From Armatimonadota bacterium (GTDB lineage Bacteria > Sysuimicrobiota > Sysuimicrobiia > Sysuimicrobiales > Humicultoraceae), in assembly GCA_052386995.1 (NCBI GenBank), contig JBQTJP010000199.1:1-15701 (forward strand): 15,701 nucleotides of DNA, read 5' to 3'. The notes under the pieces were generated by a model. The model was given only the letters and a program-made list of their open reading frames with translations. It was not told where the DNA came from and ran no database searches. Shown here in pieces: positions 1 through 6,887 of the stretch (position 1 is the first letter of the stretch; every line of letters starts with the position of its first letter). The translations under genes were made by a program, and so were the position numbers.

Positions 1-28
1 AGCAGATTGCCGGAGGATTGCGGTAAGA

Positions 29-850
29 TTAGCCTACATCAGTGTTCGCGCGTGGGTACGAGCCCAGAACTCGCAAGAATGCCGTCACACCCGCCAGGTC
101 GGTCAGGGCCGCGCGCCCGTCGGGCGAGTCCTGGTGGGCCTCGAAGTCGACGTAGAACAGGTACTCCCACGGTCTGTCGCGCCGGGGCCGCGACTCCAGC
201 TTGGTCAGGTTGATCTGACGCGACGCGAAGGCGCCCAGCGCCCGGTACAGCGCGCCGGGCACATTGGCAGTGGTGAACACCACTGAGGTTTTGGCCTGGT
301 CAGTGGGCGGGCCGGGGGTCAGGGCGAGCGCCAGGAACTTCGTATAGTTGACCGGACTCGTTTCAATCCCCTCGGCGAGGATCTGGAGCCCGTAGATGCC
401 CGCCGCGTGCCGGCCCGCGATCGCGGCCACCCCGGCACGCCGCTCGGCGGCGACCGCCTTCGCGCTGCCCGCGGTATCATACGCGGGCACGACGTTCCAG
501 GCGCGGCGCGTCAAGAACGCATCGCACTGCGCCAGGGCCTGGGGATGCGAACTCACCGTGTGGATGGTCTCGAGCGTTTCGCCGGGCAGCGTCAGCAGAC
601 AGTGCTCGATGCGCAGGTTGCGCTCTCCCACGATATACAGGGCCCGCCGCACGAGAAGGTCGTAGGTCTCGTTGATGCTGCCGGCCTGCGAGTTTTCCAC
701 AGGGACCATGCCCAGGTCCGCCGCGCGGCGTTCAACCGCGTCGAAGACCTCGGCCAGCGTATGACACGGGAGCGGATCGGTCGATCCAACGTGCTCGATC
801 GCCGCCGCTTCGCTATAGGCCCCGCGCTCGCCCTGAAACGCGACGCGCAT
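29..850 (-). CDS. pheA: Prephenate dehydratase (monofunctional PDT + ACT domain)
   Basis: N-terminal VAFQGERGAYSE, VPVENS, SHPQALAQC, NYTKF (TRF-like motif) and ACT-domain LTKLESRP...EYLFYVDF. ATG at 850 overlaps the alr stop (TGATG). 273 aa. Confidence 0.96.
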   Translation of the reverse strand: MRVAFQGERGAYSEAAAIEHVGSTDPLPCHTLAEVFDAVERRAADLGMVPVENSQAGSINETYDLLVRRALYIVGERNLRIEHCLLTLPGETLETIHTVSSHPQALAQCDAFLTRRAWNVVPAYDTAGSAKAVAAERRAGVAAIAGRHAAGIYGLQILAEGIETSPVNYTKFLALALTPGPPTDQAKTSVVFTTANVPGALYRALGAFASRQINLTKLESRPRRDRPWEYLFYVDFEAHQDSPDGRAALTDLAGVTAFLRVLGSYPRANTDVG

Positions 851-2040
851 CACGCGACCTCAATACCGGTATGGTTCTGGACCGGCTGCGGCGTGCTGCC
901 CGGCGTCGCCGTCGCGACGACGCGCCCCGCCCGCACATAGAGACGTGGGACGCGGCGCCCCAGGCCGCAGAGCAGTTCGTAGGGAATGGTGCCCGCGGCC
1001 GCCGCGACCTCCGATGCGGGCAGACCTGCGCCCAGGGCGATCACTTCATCGCCGTCGCGCGCCGTGGCCCCGCCGACGTCGAGCATCGTAAAGTCCATGC
1101 AGACCCGGCCGGCAACGCGCACCCGCCGGCCGCCGACGAGCATCTGGCCGCTGCCGGACAGGGCGCGCGGGTAGCCATCGCCGTACCCCAGCGGCACCGT
1201 GGCGATCGTTGTGTCGGACGGCACGCGGTAGGTCGCGCCGTACGACACCGGCGTCCCTGCCGACACGCGCCGTGTCCGGATCACGCGAGTGGACAGGGTC
1301 AGCGCGGGGCGCAGCGCCGGGGCGGCCAGGTGCACGGCGGGCGGTATGCCGTACATGGCAATCCCGATGCGGACCATATCGAGCGCGGCTTCGGGGAAGG
1401 CCATCGTGCCGGCGCTCGCCGCGGCATGGAGCACGGCCGCGGGAAAACGCCGGCGCACGATCTCCGCGGCGCGAGCGAACGCGGCCAGCTGCGTCCGCGT
1501 CATCGGGGAATCGGGCTCGTCGGCGCAGGCCAAATGAGTATAGAGTCCCTCCACCGTGAGCCGTGCAGGATCGATGACCCGCAGGAAATCCTCGAGCTCG
1601 TCGGGCGTGATCCCCAATCTCATCATGCCGGTATCAACCTTGATGTGAACGCGTGCCTGCGTGCGGGCGCCCGCGGCCGCGGCCGCCGAGGCTCGGTCGA
1701 ACACGGTCAGCGCGCACCCGGCGCTCGTTACGGCGTCGATCCACTGCTCTGCAACAGGGCCAAAGATGAGGATGTCACCGCCAACGCCGGCCGCGCGAAG
1801 CTCCAGGGCTTCGTCGGCCGTAGCGACGCCGAGCCATGTGGCCCCCGCCGCGAGCGCGGCGCGTGCTACGGCTATTGCGCCGTGACCGTACGCGTCGGCT
1901 TTGACGACCGCCATGATCGTGGTCGACGCTGGCACGATGCCCCGGATCGCGCGGAGGTTGCCCTCGAGCGCGTCGAGGTCTACGCTCGCCCACGCGCGAG
2001 ACCGCGCGGCCTCGAGTGCTATTGCCGGCGGCACCTTCAT
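850..2040 (-). CDS. alr: Alanine racemase
   Basis: PLP-lysine motif AVVKADAYGHG, HIKVDTGMMRLG, VSYGATY (catalytic Tyr), GYGDG and GRVCMD. ATG overlaps the nnr stop (ATGA). Confidence 0.97.
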   Translation of the reverse strand: MKVPPAIALEAARSRAWASVDLDALEGNLRAIRGIVPASTTIMAVVKADAYGHGAIAVARAALAAGATWLGVATADEALELRAAGVGGDILIFGPVAEQWIDAVTSAGCALTVFDRASAAAAAGARTQARVHIKVDTGMMRLGITPDELEDFLRVIDPARLTVEGLYTHLACADEPDSPMTRTQLAAFARAAEIVRRRFPAAVLHAAASAGTMAFPEAALDMVRIGIAMYGIPPAVHLAAPALRPALTLSTRVIRTRRVSAGTPVSYGATYRVPSDTTIATVPLGYGDGYPRALSGSGQMLVGGRRVRVAGRVCMDFTMLDVGGATARDGDEVIALGAGLPASEVAAAAGTIPYELLCGLGRRVPRLYVRAGRVVATATPGSTPQPVQNHTGIEVA

Positions 2041-3614
2041 GCCGGAAGACGCCTGATGGGATCGACCGCGGTCCCTGCGCGAACCGCGCGCAGCGCGATA
2101 GGCAAGTGGTCGGCGACTTCGCGGGCGAGAATCCCGGCCGGCCCCCGTGCCTGCGCGGCCAGGTCGCCCGCCAGACCGTGCAGATAAGCGCCGGCCCAGG
2201 CCGCGACGGGCGGGGTCAGGCCCTGTCCAATCAACGCCGCGATCGCGCCGGTAAGCACATCCCCCATGCCGCCGGTCGCCATCGCCGGATTCCCCGTCGG
2301 AATGACATAGGCCTCACCGTCGGGAGAGGCCACGACGGTACGCGCGCCCTTGAGAACGACGGTCACGCCGAAGCGCGCCGCACCGGCCCTGGCGACGGCG
2401 AGCCTCTGATTCTGAACCTCTTGCGTGGTGGCATCCATCAGCCTGGCCATCTCACCCGGATGCGGTGTGATCACAACGGGAGCGCGCGCCCTCTTCAAGT
2501 CTGCTGCCGACCCCGCGAGGTTGTTGAGCGCATCGGCATCGAGCACCAGTGGACGCGTGCATTCGGCCACCAGCCGCCGCACGACAGCCCGCGGCCCGCT
2601 CAGACGCGACAGGCCCGGGCCGCACGCGACGACGTTGGCGGATTGTGTGAGATCGGCGATCTGGTCCGCCGCCGACTCGGCCAGGGCGCCCTCGTGATCG
2701 GCCAGTGGCACGGGCATCCCCTCAACGATAATGGACGCCACGATGGGATAGATCGACTGGGGCACCGCGAGGTTGACGAGGCCAGCACCTCCGCGCAGCG
2801 CGCCGAGGCCCGAGAGCGCAGCGGCGCCGGTGTAGCCGACGGCGCCCGCGACGATCAAGACGCGGCCAAAGGCCCCCTTGTGCGAATCGATCGGGCGAAC
2901 GGGAATGGCCGCATGGACCATCGCCCGTGTCGCCAGCCATGTGCGGATCCCGGCGCTCTCGATCAGCCGCTGGGGATGACCGACGTCCGCCACCCAGACT
3001 TCTCCAGCGTACTCGGCTCCCGGCAACAGGATCAGGCCCGGCTTTGGCAGCCCCATCGTCACCGTCGCGGTCGCGCGGACGGCCGGGCCGTCCACCGCCC
3101 CGGTATCGCCCTGAACCCCCGATGGCATGTCTATCGCCAGCACGGGACGCCCGCTCCCGTTGATCGCCTCGATCGTTCTCGCCGCCAGCCCCACGACCTG
3201 GCCGTGGAATCCGGTCCCGAACAGGCCATCGACGATGAGGTCGGCGCCGGTGAACAGCCCTCGCAGGCCGGGTGCCGCGAGGGTGTCCAGATTCGAGATG
3301 TCGACACCCGCTTTGCGCGCGGCCTGAAGATTGACCCCGGCATCGCCGGTCACGTCGGCGTCACGCGCCAGCAGCACGACGGTCGCCCGCCGGCCGGCCG
3401 CGGCCATCACGCGCGCGGCGACGAGTCCATCGCCTCCGTTGTTGCCTTTTCCGGCGACGATGACCACGCGGGTGCCGGCCGCGCCCGTCATCCGCCCGGC
3501 GAATTCCGCCACCTGCCGGCCCGCGGCCTCCATGAGGAGAAGCGTCGGGACGCCGAACTCGTCGGCCGCCCTGCGATCGAGCTCGGCCATTTCTTGACTG
3601 ATTGGCAGGCGCAT
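2037..3614 (-). CDS. nnr: Bifunctional NAD(P)HX epimerase/dehydratase (YjeF_N + carbohydrate-kinase domain)
   Basis: LMEAAG, GKGNNGGDG, DGLFGTG, AIDMPSG, HKGAFG, DADALN, TPHPGEM and ATGGMGDVLTG motifs. Start re-set to ATG 3614 (GAGG 5 nt upstream). 525 aa. Confidence 0.95.
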   Translation of the reverse strand: MRLPISQEMAELDRRAADEFGVPTLLLMEAAGRQVAEFAGRMTGAAGTRVVIVAGKGNNGGDGLVAARVMAAAGRRATVVLLARDADVTGDAGVNLQAARKAGVDISNLDTLAAPGLRGLFTGADLIVDGLFGTGFHGQVVGLAARTIEAINGSGRPVLAIDMPSGVQGDTGAVDGPAVRATATVTMGLPKPGLILLPGAEYAGEVWVADVGHPQRLIESAGIRTWLATRAMVHAAIPVRPIDSHKGAFGRVLIVAGAVGYTGAAALSGLGALRGGAGLVNLAVPQSIYPIVASIIVEGMPVPLADHEGALAESAADQIADLTQSANVVACGPGLSRLSGPRAVVRRLVAECTRPLVLDADALNNLAGSAADLKRARAPVVITPHPGEMARLMDATTQEVQNQRLAVARAGAARFGVTVVLKGARTVVASPDGEAYVIPTGNPAMATGGMGDVLTGAIAALIGQGLTPPVAAWAGAYLHGLAGDLAAQARGPAGILAREVADHLPIALRAVRAGTAVDPIRRLPA

Positions 3615-3655
3615 GAGGACCTCGACGCGTGGCTTCTGGTCGCTTCGCAACGTTT

Positions 3656-3694
3656 CCTTTCACATACTGCCCACAGAATCCACACTCATCCACA
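3656..3694 (+). promoter_or_regulatory. Cluster of four co-oriented DnaA-box-like 9-mers
   Basis: CCTTTCACA (3656-3664), CTGCCCACA (3667-3675), GAATCCACA (3676-3684) and TCATCCACA (3686-3694): 2, 3, 2 and 1 mismatches to TTWTNCACA, spaced 11/9/10 bp. The repeat is seen directly; the binding protein is inferred. Confidence 0.5.
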
Positions 3695-3715
3695 GCCCAG
3701 AACGACTGTTGGGGA

Positions 3716-3744
3716 TTGCGCCACGAATGACCCCATGTTACGTT
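3716..3744 (+). promoter_or_regulatory. Putative sigma70/sigmaA promoter for the intergenic RNA
   Basis: TTGCGC (3716-3721) - 17 bp - TACGTT (3739-3744) with extended -10 TG (3736-3737). The predicted TSS (~3751-3752) coincides with the first base of the RNA closing stem. Confidence 0.6.
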
Positions 3745-3751
3745 TTGATAC

Positions 3752-3921
3752 AGAGAGGCGCGAGCCCAACGGCGAAGTAGCCGATTCAAACGCCGCGCAC
3801 GTGGACTCTGAGAGCCGGACGGTTTTCTTGGGGGGTAACTCCCGAGATCAGCCAGACGAGCGGTACGAACCGGCGGCGCGGTTGAAGACGGTGAAAAGTC
3901 GGAGAAAGCTTGCGCCTCTCT
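3752..3921 (+). ncRNA. Candidate structured non-coding RNA (~170 nt), family unassigned (6S-like or T-box stem-I-like features)
   Basis: Nested helices 3752-3765/3908-3921, 3770-3773/3898-3901, 3780-3783/3889-3892, 3785-3789/3882-3886, 3793-3798/3876-3881, 3815-3818/3870-3873, 3821-3824/3850-3853 and 3826-3834/3839-3847 capped by GUAA. AGUA/GAA loop-E motif; six G-U pairs on the + strand; dedicated promoter. Confidence 0.7.
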
Positions 3922-3941
3922 TCGATTTCTGCTAGCAGCTT

Positions 3942-4355
3942 CTAGCGGCTTCCATGTGGCGGCTTTGGCCCGCCGGCGCCGCCTAACGCGACGGCGTTGG
4001 CGACGGCGTGATCGTGTGTGTGTGACAGCGCCACCTGGACATCGACCACACCGCGCGCTTCGGCGATCCGCCGGGCGGCCCCATGGAGGCGGACCGTCGG
4101 GCGGCCCTCGGCATCATTGGCGATCTCGATCTCGCGCCATGACAGCGCGCGCCAGCCGACACCCAGGGCCTTCATCACGGCCTCCTTCGCCGCAAACCGC
4201 GCGGCCAGACGCGCGCTCACCACGATGGGCGCGGCCGAGCGCTCGATCTCCCGCGACGTGTAGATGCGGCGGATGAACGACTCGCCCCAGCGCGCGATCG
4301 CCCGCTCGATGCGCTCGACCTCCACGATGTCGACGCCCAGTCCGACGACGTACAT
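3942..4355 (-). CDS. acpS: Holo-[acyl-carrier-protein] synthase
   Basis: GLGVDIVE, RFAAKEAVMKALG, G-R-P and ALSHT motifs. ATG at 4355 overlaps the upstream TGA (TGATG). 137 aa. Confidence 0.96.
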   Translation of the reverse strand: MYVVGLGVDIVEVERIERAIARWGESFIRRIYTSREIERSAAPIVVSARLAARFAAKEAVMKALGVGWRALSWREIEIANDAEGRPTVRLHGAARRIAEARGVVDVQVALSHTHDHAVANAVALGGAGGPKPPHGSR

Positions 4356-4525
4356 CAAGGCAGCTCCGCCTCGTCTTCGAGCATGTAGGGGATGTCGTCA
4401 ACGATGGGGTAGCGCCGGCCACACGCGGTGCAGACGATCCGGTCGCCTTCCCGCACGACCGGCGCGTGATCGACCGGACAGGCCAGCAGTTTGAGCATCT
4501 CCTCGTCGACGTTGTTCGGGGTCAC
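4355..4525 (-). CDS. Trm112/YcaR-family small protein (56 aa; absent from the ORF track)
   Basis: Manual translation MTPNNVDEEMLKLLACPVDHAPVVREGDRIVCTACGRRYPIVDDIPYMLEDEAELP matches the LACP...C..C...YPI.D.IP.ML.DEA family pattern. GTG start with GAGGTGAGG upstream; stop overlaps the acpS start. Confidence 0.9.
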   Translation of the reverse strand: MTPNNVDEEMLKLLACPVDHAPVVREGDRIVCTACGRRYPIVDDIPYMLEDEAELP

Positions 4526-4572
4526 GACCTCACCTCGTTTCGCGTAATCCCTTGCGCCGAGATGCTTTCCGC

Positions 4573-4600
4573 TTCGACCCCGCGGTGTGGACTCCCTACC
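4573..4600 (-). promoter_or_regulatory. Possible sigmaH-like promoter upstream of the Trm112-like gene and acpS
   Basis: GGTAGG-N18-CGAA on the minus strand, the same architecture as the motif at 6847-6874. Confidence 0.3.
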
Positions 4601-4610
4601 CGGCTCCTGG

Positions 4611-6458
4611 TCACTCCACAGTCACGCTCTTGGCCAGGTTGCGGGGTTGATCGATGTCGTGGCCGCGCCGCACCGCAACGTAGTACGCGAACAGCTGCAG
4701 CGGAATGATCGCCAGTGCCGGCGCCAGCAGGTCATCAACGGACGGGATACGCAGCACGGTCTCGGTGTATTTGGCGATCTCCCTGTCGTCGTCGTAGGCG
4801 ACCGCGATGATCTGGCCGCCTCGGGCGCGCACCTCCTGGATGTTGGACAGCATTTTCTCGTAGACAGCCCGCTGCGTGATCAACGCGAAGACCGGGGTCT
4901 GGGAGGTGACGAGCGCGAGCGTGCCGTGCTTGAGCTCGCCGGCGGCCAGTGCCTCGCTGTGCAGGTAGGAGATCTCCTTGAGTTTGAGCGAGCCCTCCAT
5001 TGCCACAGGGTAGTCCAGCCCTCTGCCGATGAAGAACGCGTGTTCCGCGTCCGCCAGACGGTCGGCCAGGGCCTTGACCGGCCCGACGCGGTTCAACACC
5101 TCCTGGGCCAGCGTGGGCAGGTGGCGCAGGCCAGCGAGCAGTTCGCCCGCCCGCGTGGACGACAGTGTTCCACGGCGAAGCCCGAGATCCACGGCAAGCA
5201 TCTGCAGCGCCACCAGCATCGCGCTGTACGCCTTGGTCGACGCGACGGCGATCTCGGGGCCGGCGCGGATGAAGAGCACGTCGTCGGCTTCACGTGCGAG
5301 CGTGCTGCCGACCACGTTCGTCACCGCCAGCAGCCGGCTGCCGTGCGACCGCACCTCGCGCGCAGCCGCCAGCGTGTCCGCGGTCTCGCCGGACTGGCTG
5401 ACCGCGATGGCCAGCGTGGTCCCTTCGATCAACGGCGACCGGTAGCGCAATTCACTCGCCAGCTCGGACTCGACGGGGATCCGCGCCAGGCGCTCGATGG
5501 TCCATCGGCCTACCAGCCCGGCGTGGTGGGCGGTGCCACAAGCCACCATCCAGACCTTTTCCAGCCCCTCGATGAACCCCGCCGGATACGCGACCCCGTC
5601 CAGCTCGATGCGATCGGACGCATCCAGGCGGCCCATCATCGTCTCTTGCAAGACCCGGGGCTGCTCCTCGATCTCCTTGAGCATGAAGTGGGGATAGCCG
5701 CCCTTCTCGGCCGCTTCGGCATCCCAGGTGATGTGCTGAGGCTCTCGCATGGCAGGCCGGCCGTCCAGATCGGTGATCTTGGCGCCGTGCGGGCCGATCA
5801 CGGCCATCTCGCCGTCGCTGATGATGAGCACGTCCCGCGTGTACGGTAGCAGTGCGGGGATGCCCGAGGCGAGCATCATCTCACCGTCGCCGATCCCCAC
5901 GATCAGCGGACTGATCATCCGCACCGCGACGATGCGCTCGGGATCGTCCGCAGACAGCACCACGATCGCGTAGGCGCCTCGGGTCCGGCTGATGGCCCCC
6001 CGCACCGCGGCCTCGAGCCGGTCTGGCGCGCCCGCCGGCAGCCGGTCAACCTCTGCCTCGATGAGATGCGCCAGCACTTCCGTATCGGTGTCGGAGCGAA
6101 ACCGGTGACCCTGTGCCTCGAGGGCTTCGCGGAGCGGCAGGTAGTTCTCGATGATGCCGTTGTGCACCACGACATGGCGGCCGGTGCAGTCGGCGTGCGG
6201 ATGGGCGTTCGCATCCGTGGGATTCCCATGCGTGGCCCACCGCGTGTGACCGATGCCGACGCGACCGCCGGGTGGCTGGACCGCAACCGCCCGCTCGAGC
6301 ATGCTGAGTTTCCCGGCCGCCTTGCGGATCTCGACGTGCCCGTTCTCAATGACCGCGACGCCGGCCGAATCATACCCGCGATACTCCAGCCGGCGCAGTC
6401 CTTCCATCAGAATCGGGAGCGCTTCTCTAAGTCCTACGTAGCCCATGATGCCACACAT
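4611..6458 (-). CDS. glmS: Glutamine--fructose-6-phosphate aminotransferase (isomerizing)
   Basis: True start MCGIMGY (N-terminal nucleophile Cys) at 6458 with GGAGG upstream; LEYRGYDSAG, GHTRWATHG, HNGIIEN, SQSGETADT and C-terminal PRNLAKSVTVE. 615 aa. Confidence 0.98.
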   Translation of the reverse strand: MCGIMGYVGLREALPILMEGLRRLEYRGYDSAGVAVIENGHVEIRKAAGKLSMLERAVAVQPPGGRVGIGHTRWATHGNPTDANAHPHADCTGRHVVVHNGIIENYLPLREALEAQGHRFRSDTDTEVLAHLIEAEVDRLPAGAPDRLEAAVRGAISRTRGAYAIVVLSADDPERIVAVRMISPLIVGIGDGEMMLASGIPALLPYTRDVLIISDGEMAVIGPHGAKITDLDGRPAMREPQHITWDAEAAEKGGYPHFMLKEIEEQPRVLQETMMGRLDASDRIELDGVAYPAGFIEGLEKVWMVACGTAHHAGLVGRWTIERLARIPVESELASELRYRSPLIEGTTLAIAVSQSGETADTLAAAREVRSHGSRLLAVTNVVGSTLAREADDVLFIRAGPEIAVASTKAYSAMLVALQMLAVDLGLRRGTLSSTRAGELLAGLRHLPTLAQEVLNRVGPVKALADRLADAEHAFFIGRGLDYPVAMEGSLKLKEISYLHSEALAAGELKHGTLALVTSQTPVFALITQRAVYEKMLSNIQEVRARGGQIIAVAYDDDREIAKYTETVLRIPSVDDLLAPALAIIPLQLFAYYVAVRRGHDIDQPRNLAKSVTVE

Positions 6459-6606
6459 TGCTCGGTGACCTCCGCAGTGGCAGGACGTCCGCCGAACCGA
6501 CCGGCTTCGCGGAAACCCCGCTACAGCGCGGTGGAGCATGCGGTCCGTCACGCCAGGATTGTTCCCCGCGGTCGGGGTAAGTGAGACTGACTCTGATGGT
6601 CCTGGT

Positions 6607-6780
6607 CCGCTTTTTGGTCCCGGAGTCGCCTCCGGGGTTTGTCAGCGGCCTTAACCTCAGCGCTGCAGTCGATGGCTGAGGCCGTGCAGGCCCGGACTGG
6701 GCCTAGGGTCACCCGCCGAATCCTTCGAGATCCCCTCCCTCGTCAACCAGGGCGGCGCACCGCCCGGGTTCGGGCGCTGG
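6607..6780 (-). ncRNA. glmS glucosamine-6-phosphate-activated ribozyme
   Basis: Minus strand reads AGCGCCCGAAC-[P1 hairpin]-GTTGACGAGG-GAGGGG-ATCTCGAAGGATTCGGCGGGTGACCCT...GTTAA...CCGCTGACAAA-CCCCGGAG-GCGA-CTCCGGG-ACCAAAAAGCGG, matching the catalytic core and GNRA-capped P4.1. Located in the glmS leader; predicted cleavage between A6778 and G6777. Confidence 0.95.
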
Positions 6781-6846
6781 GGCACGCGAGAGAACGTCTC
6801 ACCTCCTCCCCTGCACGAGATCGCGCGTTCTACAACGGTCCTGGAG

Positions 6847-6874
6847 TTCGCGATTGACGGCCGGCATTCCTACC
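6847..6874 (-). promoter_or_regulatory. Possible sigmaH-like promoter for the glmS leader
   Basis: GGTAGGAAT...CGAAC (AGGA-N18-GAAC) resembles the Bacillus sigmaH consensus AGGA-N17/18-GAAT and lies ~70 nt upstream of the ribozyme. Confidence 0.35.
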
Positions 6875-6887
6875 GCGCCGTGTGGCC

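Noticed and set aside
3752..3921. Lysine riboswitch, T-box leader or SRP RNA as the identity of the intergenic RNA
   Set aside because: AGAGGCGC...AGUA...GAAA recalls the lysine aptamer, but the stem closes fully with no P3-P5 junction. There is no UGGNACC antiterminator or downstream + strand gene for a T-box leader, and no CAGG/GGAA/AGCAG SRP helix.
3615..3941. Replication origin (oriC)
   Set aside because: Only four imperfect boxes, no clear AT-rich unwinding element or DnaA-trio run next to them, and no dnaA/dnaN nearby; most of the gap is explained by the RNA.
3929..3948. CTGCTAG-CAGCTT-CTAGCGG hairpin as an intrinsic terminator
   Set aside because: Short stem overlapping the acpS stop codon with no convincing U-tract on either strand.
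6459..6551. 31-aa N-terminal extension of GlmS in the ORF track
   Set aside because: GlmS needs Cys immediately after the initiator Met, and a GGAGG precedes ATG 6458; the extension is leader RNA.
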